The notes beneath the pieces are model-generated. The model made no database searches, was not told the DNA's origin, and was given only the letters and a program-made list of their open reading frames with translations. A program made the position numbers and the translations under genes. Shown here one piece after another: positions 27,963-37,783 of a stretch of DNA of 64,000 nucleotides. Positions within the stretch are counted from its first letter, which is position 1. Each line of letters starts with the position of its first letter. This DNA comes from Cenarchaeum sp. (GTDB lineage: Archaea; Thermoproteota; Nitrososphaeria; Nitrososphaerales; Nitrosopumilaceae), in the NCBI GenBank assembly GCA_965242695.1, contig CBDESU010000002.1, positions 544,001 through 608,000 of the forward strand, given 5' to 3'.

Positions 27963-30525
27963 CGCTGCTCGCCCCGTCCTCTCCTCCTCCCCCGATCGAC
28001 TTGCGCTCGCACTCTTGCAGGGCCGCCTCGATCGCATCGACGGCGTTTTCCTCGCTCTGGTCCAGCTCGACCCTGTCGCCGTATGCTCGGATCGCGCCGC
28101 CGGACATCTGGGCCATTGTCCTGCACAGTTCGGCGACCTCCTTTGCCTTGCCGAACTTTACAGGCGGTTCCATCTTCATCAGCCATATGAGGAGCGCCTC
28201 GTACTTGACCGGCGTAGTCGGAACTTCCCTCTGGTACCCTGCAATGGCGCTAATAATCCTGCGGTACGGCGGGCGCCTGACATCCCTCTTGGCGATCCGG
28301 TCGACCCACGCCGCGCTCTCCTCCGGCATCTTGCACTCGCGGAACAGCCCGCGCATGTCGGCCAGCCCGACCAGCTTTACAGGGCGGAGGCGGACGAGGC
28401 GGGCCAGATCGGCGGTGCGGATCAAGGTGATCGTGGCGGGGCCGCTGTCGCCGCCGGCAGTGATGTCGACGGACTTGCTGATCGACGACTCTGCGCTGCC
28501 CCCCTGGAACGCCGGCCCGACCACGATCGCGTGATCGCACTCGTGATCCCTGCAGTGGCTTGCCACCGCGCTGACGTCGACGGCCTTTGCGGACACCGCC
28601 TTGGCGCTGCCGCCGTCCGCCTTGCTCTTGGCCTCTATGCTCACCGCGTACCTGCGCACCGCGTCCTTCTCGTCCGCGGCCAGCCTCGCCGTGGCGATTC
28701 CGTCGGGCTGGCCCTTGCCGCCGATCGGACTCACGTCGAATCCCAAGCTTCGGAACGCATCGCAGACGCACTTTTCAAACTCCTTTGGCGTCTGTGCCCC
28801 TTCCAGCGCGCTGGCCACTTGCGGCGGGCTCTGCCGTCCCGACTCGTAGGCCAGGGATCTCAGGTGCCTGTCCCTTGCCGTGACCATATCCTCGATCATT
28901 CCCGGGTCGAGCCCGTCTTGGTACATCCGCGCCTCGGCCGCTACATCGCTCATGACGAGCAGCTCTAGGGGCAGACTGTGCTTTTTGTTGGTAAACTCGT
29001 CGTCAAACGCCACGACAAACGGGTGCTGGGCATTGATGCGCAGGCGCCTCGACACGCAGTCGAACTTTGCGATCACATCCTCTGGATCCCCGTCGCGGTC
29101 CATCTCCCGCCCCGTGATGAACGCCTCCGGCTTCATCACGCTGTGATCTAGGCGCGCAAGAGCTTCTTCGCGCCGGTCGTGCCCGCTGCTAGGAACCGCC
29201 AGGTGGCGCGACATGGCCTTGCCGGCCGAGACAGCCCTGGCCAGAGCCGCGATTGGACGGCGCGACAGGCTGGCCGGCCCCGCCGACACCCTGTTGGCCA
29301 GCTTTTCGTCGGGTGCGTTGCCGCGGTCGTACTCGTCCATCGCCTTGCGAACCGTGTTGAAGATGCCGCGGAGTACGTCTCGGGCCGCGCTGGCCGCCTC
29401 GCTGTCGCCGACGGCTTCCCTGCTTGAGCGGAGGACGTCGTCGAGTTTGTCGATGTGTACTACTGCCCGAAAGCGCGAAAATGTGCCGTGCCTAAGCTCG
29501 TTGGGCTGTATTCCAAAGTGTCCGTCGGCCTCGTTGAGGAGGCGGCCGCGCGTATAGACAAAGAATCCGCTGCTTCGGCCCCAGTCGTCGGACTTGCCGG
29601 TCAGGGCGCTCTCGTACATTTCGGCATGCCCCGTGACGCGGCCTAGGCCGTCCACATCTAGTCCGAACCTGTGCCCGCTCGAGGGAGGCAGGCGCGCGTC
29701 TTCCGATGCGCTTGCATCCGGGGCCGGCCGCGGCAGGCTCTCAATGTCCCTGCCGAGGACCCACCTCTTGATCGGATCCCTGTCCTCCTTGCTGGGCCTG
29801 ATCCTCTCGCCGTTGAGCCACACGGCAAAGTCCGCCTGCAGGGGAAGCGCCGTGCGTAGCACCCAAGCGAGCCTGCCCTCCCTGATCTGGTCGGACATGG
29901 GCTTGAGGTCGGACATGACGCTGACCGTCCATGACTGGGGGCTGTCCCTGCCGAAGAGTCGCACCTTGGACCTCTTGAACAAGGGCGTGTCAACCCACTC
30001 AGAGACGGACCGCCTTGCCTCCGCCTCTGTCATGCGGAACAGCGGTATCGTGACGGGGTCTTCGGATCCGACCTCGCCGTTGGTGCGGTTGTTGATCGCG
30101 CTGTATTCCATCGATGCGGAATAGTAGGCCTTTCCGCACTTGCTGACGTGGGTGAGGCGGTTGGCCAGGACGTAGGTTGCAAGCTTGCCTATTCCGAACT
30201 TGCCGATCTGCTTTCGGTCCATGGGGGTATTTTGAAGAAGGCGCTTGTCGGTGCGCCCTATGAACCAGTGCCTTTTGAGGCCCTCGGCGTCCATGCCCTC
30301 GCCGTCGTCGATTACCGCTATTGTCCCCTCCCCGGCGGCGGGCCTCGCAAGGACATGGACGTTCGTGGCGCCGGCGTCGAACGAGTTTGCCACCAGCTCT
30401 TCGATGGCCTTGTTGGGGCTGGTGTACAGGCCCTCAGAGAACAACTTGACTATCTTGTGGCTCAGCCTGACATCGATGCTGCCGGCCTTCTGCCCCAGCG
30501 AGGCAAAAGCATGCTTGCTGTCCAT
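27946..30525 (-). CDS. GHKL/MORC-like ATPase fused to a C-terminal PD-(D/E)XK (Mrr-like) nuclease domain
   Basis: ELVANSFDA, DDGEGM, GKFGIGKL, INAQHP, FEKCV…LGF…GQPDG…IEAKS. Overlaps the MTase start. Confidence 0.9.
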   Translation of the reverse strand: MDSKHAFASLGQKAGSIDVRLSHKIVKLFSEGLYTSPNKAIEELVANSFDAGATNVHVLARPAAGEGTIAVIDDGEGMDAEGLKRHWFIGRTDKRLLQNTPMDRKQIGKFGIGKLATYVLANRLTHVSKCGKAYYSASMEYSAINNRTNGEVGSEDPVTIPLFRMTEAEARRSVSEWVDTPLFKRSKVRLFGRDSPQSWTVSVMSDLKPMSDQIREGRLAWVLRTALPLQADFAVWLNGERIRPSKEDRDPIKRWVLGRDIESLPRPAPDASASEDARLPPSSGHRFGLDVDGLGRVTGHAEMYESALTGKSDDWGRSSGFFVYTRGRLLNEADGHFGIQPNELRHGTFSRFRAVVHIDKLDDVLRSSREAVGDSEAASAARDVLRGIFNTVRKAMDEYDRGNAPDEKLANRVSAGPASLSRRPIAALARAVSAGKAMSRHLAVPSSGHDRREEALARLDHSVMKPEAFITGREMDRDGDPEDVIAKFDCVSRRLRINAQHPFVVAFDDEFTNKKHSLPLELLVMSDVAAEARMYQDGLDPGMIEDMVTARDRHLRSLAYESGRQSPPQVASALEGAQTPKEFEKCVCDAFRSLGFDVSPIGGKGQPDGIATARLAADEKDAVRRYAVSIEAKSKADGGSAKAVSAKAVDVSAVASHCRDHECDHAIVVGPAFQGGSAESSISKSVDITAGGDSGPATITLIRTADLARLVRLRPVKLVGLADMRGLFRECKMPEESAAWVDRIAKRDVRRPPYRRIISAIAGYQREVPTTPVKYEALLIWLMKMEPPVKFGKAKEVAELCRTMAQMSGGAIRAYGDRVELDQSEENAVDAIEAALQECERKSIGGGGEDGASSDGAGA

Positions 30526-30616
30526 GGAGTCCGTGTCGCGGCGGGTGTTATATGGCTTAGGCAGGGGCGCGGCGCGGGCGCCTCCGGACGGGCGGGCGGC
30601 CCTAGGCGCGGGCGCC

Positions 30617-30814
30617 CTACCTTTTCCGCAGCAGGGCTCTGCAGGCGGCCCGCAGGCGGCCGCCGGCGGTCGGCCGCCCCCCGCACATGGCGTTGATCTC
30701 GGACTTGGTAGTGTTCTCGACGCTGAAGTTGAGGCGTATGATATGCGAGGTAATGTTGCCCTCGGAGCCTAACAGTGACCTGGCTATCTCCACATCCCTT
30801 TTGCTGGCGGGCAT
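30617..30814 (-). CDS. Small hypothetical protein, paralog of 15067-15324
   Basis: MPASKRDVEIARSL…IIRLNFSVENTTKSEINAMC. TATA-like box near 30840. Confidence 0.68.
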   Translation of the reverse strand: MPASKRDVEIARSLLGSEGNITSHIIRLNFSVENTTKSEINAMCGGRPTAGGRLRAACRALLRKR

Positions 30815-30999
30815 TGCCGCAGGGCCGGACCGCCCCACTATAAGGCATGCTAGGCCGCAGCGGGACGATCCAAGGGGTGCCAGGGGGCGGGGCACCCGCG
30901 CCGCCGCAGATGCACAGGCCCCGCTCGATCACTCACCGCCCCGCTCTCCGCGGCATCGAGGCATGTGCGGGGCCGCCCGCGGCCCGCCTCCCGCCGATG

Positions 31000-32127
31000 C
31001 TAGGCCCCAATGTCCATTTCGGCCACGCTCCTGAACGCCCCGCTGTCGTCGACGCCGGTTATGACAAGCGGTATTTCGGCGTCGAGCGCGGCGGGGCTTC
31101 TTCGCTGATCGTCGATCTCGTAGTCCCAGCAGAGCGGATCGTACTGGTTACCCGCAAGGTCCTCGTAGTGCAGCCTCAGCTCGACCCGCGTTGCCGGCAG
31201 CCTGATCCCTGCCGCGCCCTGCGGCTCCATCTTCAGGCTCTCGCCTACGTTGCGGCGCAGTATGTCGGACAGTGCCAGGGCAACGCACGCCTCCACGGCC
31301 CTGTGCATGCCCGCCGCGGGCCGCCCGCCCGGCCCGCCTCCGGGACCCGGCAGGGCGGCGGCCGGCTCCCCTCCCTGACCGAGCCGATCCGGCATGCCGT
31401 CCATGCCCTCGCCGGCGCAAGGGGCCGCCCTCGGCTCGGACGCAGTCTGCTCCACGTGCTCGGGGCGGACTTGGACGGCGCTGGCGCGGGATTCGTCTTC
31501 CCCGTTCGACCCCCCGCGTACGGCCATCCCTAGTGCCTCGTCTAGAATCGACTGGCCGCCCGACGCCACTCCGCCGTGCACGGTGCATTCGGCGCGCAGC
31601 TTGACATCCCCAAAGCCAGAGTACCGCAGGGTCACGGGGAGCCGCAGCGTCTGGCCGTCCCCGTCGCCGATCACCAGCCTTCTCGGCATGTCGCCCCCGA
31701 ACTGCAGCAAGGGCCTGAATATCCTCACGTTCGCCGCAACCGTGCCTGCCGTGCCGTCGGTGTACTCGAGCTCTACCGTCACGGGCACCTCCGCTCCCAG
31801 CGCCTCAAACGGCGCCGAGGTGGCCACGGCCACCCCAAAGTAGTCGTAGTCGGACATGCTGTCCCTGTTTAGCGGCCCGGCCTGCAGCGTCCGGCCCTGC
31901 AGCGCGCAGCCGGGCATGTTTATGACGTCGCGAACCTCTAGCGAGTCGTCTAGGCGGATGCGCGCGGACCTTATCGTGGGCGTGACGGCCTTTGGTATGC
32001 GGACATGCAGGGGCACCTCCTCGCCCGGCAGGGCCCAGGGCGGGCACGCGGCCGTGATCCCTCGAGCATTCACGGGAAGCCGATCGAGGGCTTCCGTATA
32101 AACCGTCAGAGGCGGGACAGGGCGCAT
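31000..32127 (-). CDS. Hypothetical beta-rich protein
   Basis: Long protein-like ORF (WALPGEEVPLHVR…YDYFGV…RIFRP). No family recognised. Confidence 0.65.
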   Translation of the reverse strand: MRPVPPLTVYTEALDRLPVNARGITAACPPWALPGEEVPLHVRIPKAVTPTIRSARIRLDDSLEVRDVINMPGCALQGRTLQAGPLNRDSMSDYDYFGVAVATSAPFEALGAEVPVTVELEYTDGTAGTVAANVRIFRPLLQFGGDMPRRLVIGDGDGQTLRLPVTLRYSGFGDVKLRAECTVHGGVASGGQSILDEALGMAVRGGSNGEDESRASAVQVRPEHVEQTASEPRAAPCAGEGMDGMPDRLGQGGEPAAALPGPGGGPGGRPAAGMHRAVEACVALALSDILRRNVGESLKMEPQGAAGIRLPATRVELRLHYEDLAGNQYDPLCWDYEIDDQRRSPAALDAEIPLVITGVDDSGAFRSVAEMDIGA

Positions 32128-32221
32128 GGTTCGGGGGCTTACAGCGGCGCAGGCTCCTGCCGGCGGGCGGGCTGCCCGCGTGGCGCGGCGCCGGCACGGA
32201 TATATCAGGAGATGCGGCACG

Positions 32222-33352
32222 ATGCCCATGGCCGGCAGGACAGGCGGGGCGCGGCGGGGCAAAGGCCGCGGAGGCGGCGGGCGGGACGCCCTTGGCGCGC
32301 ACCGCGATGCGCTGTACGAAAGGAGGCAGGGCTATGGCGGGGTGGTGCGGACCGCAGAGGCCATGGCCCGCGAGGCGGGGGCCAGGATCAGCGCGATCGT
32401 CCTAAAGTCGGACGACCTGCCGGGCGCGCTGAAGGTCTGGACTCCCAGGCGGTACGAGATGGAGATGAAAAGGCGGGGCGGCAAGACGGTGCTCGGCATC
32501 GGGAGGAGCGGCGCGCGGCGGGGGCCCCGCGCCGGCCGCCTCCGGGTCGCCATTGCCGAGATGCCGGACAGGCCGGGCTACCATTGCGCCGTAAGCGACT
32601 GCGGGCCGGCCGAGTTCGGGGGCGTGTTCGGGGCGTTCATATCCAGGTACACCCCCGAGATATCCAAGCTGTTCCTCACCAACGGGGACATGGCCGGCGT
32701 GCTCGCAGGCATAGAGTCGCGGGGGTACGACGTAAGGGTCGAGTACGGCTCGGCGAGGGGGCGGGGGCGGGGCGCCCGCCGCGCCGCCGCGCCGCCCGGC
32801 GCCTTCTTTGCGGGGCTCGACGGCGAGGCGAGGGCGGCCCTCACGGTGGGGTTCGCCGCCGTTCCAAGCGGCTCCGGCGAGGGCGGCCACCGAGCCGGGT
32901 GGCGCGGCACCATCTCTCGCGACTGCCGCTTTTCGGCATCGTCGGACGCGGAGATCATGTTCAGGACGGCAGTGCCGAGGGCTCTCAGCCTGCCGCTCGG
33001 CCGCGACCGCCTCATGGAGGCGAGCGCCGAGAGCGCTGGAAGCGGCAGGTCCGAGCCGACGGTCCTTAGGTTCGGCAGGAGGGTCTTCGGGTGCGGGGAC
33101 AGGAACCGGCGCTGCGCGGAGATGATTGCAAAGATGGCGGACAGCTCCGTCAGCCTGTACAATGTGGACTCGCACATGCACCTGTCGCTTGTCGACTACA
33201 TGGACGGATCGTCGTACGACCTGTGGGCGGTGACCAGCGACAGGCTCGTGATAATACCGCAGATCAGGGCGAGCGGCGCGTCCATGAGGAGGCTCGTCAA
33301 CCACGTGTTTGAGGGCATGGGCGAGGGGAGCATCGAGAGGTACGAGCCCTGA
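32222..33352 (+). CDS. Conserved-looking hypothetical protein
   Basis: C-terminal HLSLVDYMDGSSYDLW…IIPQIRAS…RLVNHVFE. TATA-like GATATATC near 32200. Confidence 0.7.
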   Translation: MPMAGRTGGARRGKGRGGGGRDALGAHRDALYERRQGYGGVVRTAEAMAREAGARISAIVLKSDDLPGALKVWTPRRYEMEMKRRGGKTVLGIGRSGARRGPRAGRLRVAIAEMPDRPGYHCAVSDCGPAEFGGVFGAFISRYTPEISKLFLTNGDMAGVLAGIESRGYDVRVEYGSARGRGRGARRAAAPPGAFFAGLDGEARAALTVGFAAVPSGSGEGGHRAGWRGTISRDCRFSASSDAEIMFRTAVPRALSLPLGRDRLMEASAESAGSGRSEPTVLRFGRRVFGCGDRNRRCAEMIAKMADSSVSLYNVDSHMHLSLVDYMDGSSYDLWAVTSDRLVIIPQIRASGASMRRLVNHVFEGMGEGSIERYEP

Positions 33353-33380
33353 CCGGGGGCGGCGGACCGCGGCGCGCATG

Positions 33381-34000
33381 CTAGCCGCCGGCGACCATCT
33401 CGCTCCAGCGTTCCGGCACGATCAGGTCCTTCTTCAGGAGCGAGTCGGCCAGGCGGCGGCGGACCGCGGCGTCCTCGAAGGCTCCGCCCGCGCCGGAGCG
33501 ATCCGCCTCCTCCGGGTAGGTGTCGTAGATGAGAAACGCCACCTCGTCCGCGGTCATCTTGTCGTAGAGCATGCGTATCACGTCGACGGCGGTGAGCAGG
33601 CTGGCAAGCTTGCCGTCCGGCCCTGCCTCGGCCGCCCTTTCGTCGAACATCCTCCTGCCGCCTCGGTCAGGCGCAGCCTGCCGGCGGGGTCGAGCTCGTA
33701 CGCGCCTGCTCGGCCGGCCGGCTTGGACGATGCCTCCCGGAGGCGGTCAGAGTAGGGGCCGTCTCGGCTGCGCTCAAAGCGGATCAGGGGGCGGAACTTT
33801 GGGTTGACCTGGGCTAGCATGAACATCTCGGCCTGGAGGTGCGAGGGTGACGGCATCGGGTTCGCCGACGGCCCGAGCAGCAGTATGATCAGGTCCTCGA
33901 GAGACTTTGGGATGCGCTCCCGGTGCGCGGCCGGCGGGGACCCTGCCGCCCGTTCCCGTCCCGGCCGCCAGGGAATGCCCTGCCCCGCATCTTCGCCCAA
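33381..34000 (-). pseudogene. YwgA/SocA-like protein (subfamily B) with 1-bp frameshift near 33660
   Basis: LEDLIILLL…HLQAEMFML…RDGPYS…LRLTEA, then MFDER…FLIYDTYPE in another frame. One added G gives LTEAGRRMF. Confidence 0.72.
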
Positions 34001-34095
34001 CGCCTCCCGCCCCGCCGGCCGTATAATTTCGTTATGGGCGGCGGCAGGCTGCTCGGCCATCTGTAATATACGGGCGCGCATGCCGCCGCAGGAGT

Positions 34096-34695
34096 ATGGC
34101 GCGGCGCGAGGACGGGGAGTGGGGGGTGCGAGACCTCGGGAACGGCGCCTTTGGCCTCCCGGACGGGTCCGTCGCGTACACTTGGAAGCGGGCCGTCGAA
34201 GAGTCCAAGAGGATCAGGGCGTCCGAGTACACGGCAACCGACGTGATCCTGCTCGTGCTGTCGTCGCCGCAGGACGGCCCGATCGTCGGCCGCGCGAGGC
34301 TCTTCAAGGAGCTGTTCCTCTTCGAGAGGGAGGCGCTCGCCGGCGAGAACGTCGAGGACTGCCATTTCGTGCCGTACTATCGCAGGCCGCACAGTTTTTA
34401 CCTGGCGCTCAAGATCCGCGAGATGGCAAGGGTGGGGATCGTCGAGATTTCGGGAAGCGGGGCGTCCGCGGCGTACTCGCTGACCCAAAAGGGCCTCAGG
34501 CAGGCAAGGAAGAGGCGCCGGACAGTGCCCGCCGGCGTGGACGCCAAGATAAGGCGGTTCAGGGAGGGCATCGACGGGCGCGGGGCGGCAAAGTCGCTGA
34601 GGGCCGCGTTCCGCAGGCCCGAGTACGCAGAGTACGCGCCAAGGACCAGGGTGGCGCACCGCTACAGGGCCATCACATGGGGGCGCGGGGTGTAG
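34096..34695 (+). CDS. YwgA/SocA-like protein (subfamily B, divergent)
   Basis: TDVILLVL…PIVGRARLFKELFLFE…HFVPYYRRPHS…YSLTQKG…PEY. Confidence 0.75.
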   Translation: MARREDGEWGVRDLGNGAFGLPDGSVAYTWKRAVEESKRIRASEYTATDVILLVLSSPQDGPIVGRARLFKELFLFEREALAGENVEDCHFVPYYRRPHSFYLALKIREMARVGIVEISGSGASAAYSLTQKGLRQARKRRRTVPAGVDAKIRRFREGIDGRGAAKSLRAAFRRPEYAEYAPRTRVAHRYRAITWGRGV

Positions 34696-34820
34696 CCCCC
34701 GGGCGGGTCGGCGTTCTGGGCATGGGCCGGCGCCGGCAGGCATGTCATGTCGGGCAGCATGCCCCTACTACAGATACCACGCCGTCCAGAATATGGTCTC
34801 CCCCAGCGGCACCTTGGGGA

Positions 34821-35317
34821 TCACCTTTCGAGTCCTTCCCGCCCAAGCAAGGCGGCCAGGTCGATGCAGGGGATGTCGTAGTGCCGTGCGGCGAACGGGA
34901 TCTTTGTAGGCCTGTCGGGGCTGTTTGCCTCTTCCGTGACGACGACCGGCGCATGTTCGGACAGCCCGCGCCTTCGTAGCACCACGGCAAGCGCGATCGC
35001 GTGCGGATCGGCGTCGACCTGCTCTTGTTTTTGTTCAGTAGTGGAAATTTGCCGCTGATTTGGGCCACGAGGCCGAGCATTTCCCTGTCCGGCTCGAAAA
35101 AAATCTGCGGGCGGTCGTTGATCCACGACAAGAGATCGTCCTGCCTTGCCGATATCTCGTCGTAGACTATGCTGGGCGATGTCACCAGACCTCGGTCAAT
35201 GAGTCCATTCATCCCAGCCCAAGTTCCTTCGCTGTGTCTCCTAGGGTAGTTTCTGAACAGCGCTATCCACGAGCTGGTATCGACTACATACAGTTCGCCG
35301 CATGGCTCGTCATTCAC
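34821..35317 (-). pseudogene. DUF4411 PIN-domain protein, frameshifted near 35030
   Basis: YVVDTSSWI…YP…W…VYDEI…DDL..W in one frame. ADPHAIALA…VVTEE…KIP…C in the next. Confidence 0.8.
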
Positions 35318-36524
35318 CCACCCCCACCTTTTTGCAGAGGCCGTCGAGGTGCTTGAGGTCTATGTCGAGGTAGTCGCCAAGATCAAGGGCCGTAATGGCC
35401 CCCCTTTCATGCGACGAGACGGCGAGCCTGATGAACTTTCGGCCCATTCGCGATATAAGAATGACCGGGTACTGCGGCCCGCCTTTTTCCTCTTCCTCTT
35501 CCTCTTCCTCTTCCTCGCCTTCGTCCTTGGGCTTTTGCCTGCGGCTGTGGTGCCCCGCCACGCCGTTGAGGACGCCGCCGTACGCGGTACGGTGCCTGCC
35601 GCCCGGCATGTCGGCGGCTCTGACCGCCGCAGCGTACCTGCTCACCTTGAACCTTCTAGCAAGATCCTTGACGATCTCGAACGGGTCGTCCGACTCCCCC
35701 TCAAGCCTCTTGCGCTCGGCGGCGAACTCGGCCCCCGGCATCAAGAAGGAGGCGGCAAAGCGGTTGCACCACATCTCCGCCCGCTTCCTGTCCGAGTCCA
35801 AGCGCGCCGTTCCGTGCTCGTCGCAGACGCCGCCCATGCCAAGCAGGATGTGGCCGTACTCGTGCAGCAGGGTAAAGGCCTTGGCCTGGTCAATGTCCTT
35901 TGAGTTGACCAGTATTGCGCGCGGGTCGGTGTCCGCCAGGGACAGCCCGCACACGCCTTCCGTGGCCAGCGGGTACTGGAACACGAATATGTTCAGCCCC
36001 TCGATCGCCCTGCGAAGCATCCCGTACATGTCACGAGACGATCCCCCGACAGGCCCGTCGAGGCTCCCCGCCACCGCAAGCCTGGCCCGCTCCGCGCGCG
36101 CCGTCTCCTCGGCGGAATCGTCCACGGTGACCCCCGCGGGGATGTCCGGCCCGGCGGCAATGCCGCGGGCGTCCATCATCTCCCCTGCGGCGGACTGCAT
36201 GTAGCGCACGCGCCTGACTGTGGGCAGGTCTCCGGCATCCAGCCTTTCCGGGGCGTTGCGCATCATCCTAAAGTCTGGCAGGTGCTCGCGTTCGGGCGGA
36301 ACCGTGCTGAGGAGCAGGTTCTCGGACATTTTTACGCACTTGGCCAAGGCCCTCACCATCGTGTACTCAATTTTGCCGGTGCTGGCCCAGTCGTCGACTC
36401 GCATCCTGTCGACCCCCAGCTTCCGCGCTATGGTGTCGTGATCCATGCCGCTGCTCTCGATGATCGACCTTACGACGAGCGGCTTGAGCTGCAGCCCAAT
36501 GCGGGGCGTGCGGGGAGCCATCAA
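35310..36524 (-). CDS. XRE-HTH plus ImmA/IrrE zinc metallopeptidase (RosmerTA RmrA-like)
   Basis: HTH, LPDFR, IFVFQ, AFTLLHEYGH, EMWCNRFAASFLMP, RFKVS. Confidence 0.9.
   Translation of the reverse strand: MMAPRTPRIGLQLKPLVVRSIIESSGMDHDTIARKLGVDRMRVDDWASTGKIEYTMVRALAKCVKMSENLLLSTVPPEREHLPDFRMMRNAPERLDAGDLPTVRRVRYMQSAAGEMMDARGIAAGPDIPAGVTVDDSAEETARAERARLAVAGSLDGPVGGSSRDMYGMLRRAIEGLNIFVFQYPLATEGVCGLSLADTDPRAILVNSKDIDQAKAFTLLHEYGHILLGMGGVCDEHGTARLDSDRKRAEMWCNRFAASFLMPGAEFAAERKRLEGESDDPFEIVKDLARRFKVSRYAAAVRAADMPGGRHRTAYGGVLNGVAGHHSRRQKPKDEGEEEEEEEEEEKGGPQYPVILISRMGRKFIRLAVSSHERGAITALDLGDYLDIDLKHLDGLCKKVGVGE
35487..35516. repeat. (TTCCTC)x5 microsatellite encoding a poly-Glu tract
   Basis: Read directly. 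Absent from the paralog at 58675-59862. Confidence 0.9.
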
Positions 36525-36798
36525 GGGCGTGCCGTTTCGCGCCTTTATGTCTCAAACGGATCACAGAATCGGGGGCGTCCCTGGCCTTTGGCGTCGACGG
36601 CGGGCCGATAGGGTGTGGGCGGCCCCCGTATGCGCTAGTGCGGCTCGGCTGGCAGGGCGCTTTTCAGGACAACGTGGCCGCCCCTGCCATTCTCGCGCAC
36701 ACCGCGCTCTCCCCCGCCCGCCCGCTGCGCGCGCCGGCGGGTCGCTCATTCCGGCGGCGTATGGATATTGCCCGCAGTCCGGCGCGCACTCAGGGCCG

Positions 36799-37602
36799 TC
36801 ATGAACCGCCACCCGGCACGGGAGGCATCCCGAGCGCGGCCCGCATCCTCCTCCTGTCGCGCGAGCCAAGGCTGCGCGCGGCCGGGTACCTCCCGATCGT
36901 CCTCCCGCCCACGAGCCGCCCGCCTGCCTTTGGCGTCCGCCCGCCCCACTGCTTGAAGAAGACGGGGACGCCGTCCCGCCTGCACTGGGCCATCAGGCCG
37001 TCGACCCACTCGCGGGCCATGGGCCGGTGCCGCGGGCCGCTCTCGCCGCCGATGATGGCCCAGTCGATCCCCCTCAGCGACCTCGGGCGGATGTTCTCGA
37101 GCAGCGGCTCGAAGCTTACGAACCGCATCCGGCAGCGCACCCCGAGCAGCTCGCCTATGCGGTGCGCCGCCGCGTTGTCCTCTACGCTCGTGCCCATCCA
37201 TATGTGCGGCGGCACGGGCAGGCCGTAGTGCGCCTCGAACATGCGCGAGAACTCGGCCATGCGGGCGGGGCGCTTTGTGAGGACCTGGTAGGTGTGCCAG
37301 TCTGCCCGCAGCATGGTGTGGAAGCACCTCCCGACGAACGCATAGTCCGCATTCTCGTGGAACAGGTCGGACATGCTGTTGACGAATATGCGGCGAGGCT
37401 TCTTCCAGCGCAGCGGGACGTCGACGTCGGCCTCGTGCTCGGCGTACTCGAAGTTCTTCGCGTACTTTTTCTGGCCCATGGCCCTTAGGCGGTTCGAGAG
37501 GCGCTCGGCGTAGCAGTTCTTGCAGCCGGCCGAGACCTTTGAGCAGCCGGTCGTCGGGTTCCATGTCGCCTCGGTCCACTCGATGGAGGATGTGGTGGCC
37601 AA
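36799..37602 (-). CDS. Phage Gp37/Gp68 (DUF5131) family three-Cys protein
   Basis: SSIEWTEATWNPTTGCSKVSAGCKNCYA, FVNSMSDLFH, LTKR, SFEPLL, GGESG, FFKQWGG. Confidence 0.93.
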   Translation of the reverse strand: MATTSSIEWTEATWNPTTGCSKVSAGCKNCYAERLSNRLRAMGQKKYAKNFEYAEHEADVDVPLRWKKPRRIFVNSMSDLFHENADYAFVGRCFHTMLRADWHTYQVLTKRPARMAEFSRMFEAHYGLPVPPHIWMGTSVEDNAAAHRIGELLGVRCRMRFVSFEPLLENIRPRSLRGIDWAIIGGESGPRHRPMAREWVDGLMAQCRRDGVPVFFKQWGGRTPKAGGRLVGGRTIGRYPAARSLGSRDRRRMRAALGMPPVPGGGS

Positions 37603-37783
37603 GGCTAGCGCCGGCCTCCCTGCGGCGGGGCGCAGCCGGGCGGCGCCGGCCGGGGGCCCGCCCCGGAGCCGCGGCGCCCTGCCGGGTGCGCCGCCGCCGT
37701 CCTCGGCGCTGCCGCCTTGCTCTGCGCACGGCGCCCGGCCGGGCCCGCACATACCCGCGATGCCTGCTGCGGTTTACGCTCGA

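Noticed and set aside
36799-37602. Prophage or provirus suggested by the Gp37/Gp68 gene
   Set aside because: The family is common in defence islands, and no integrase, packaging or replication genes are present.
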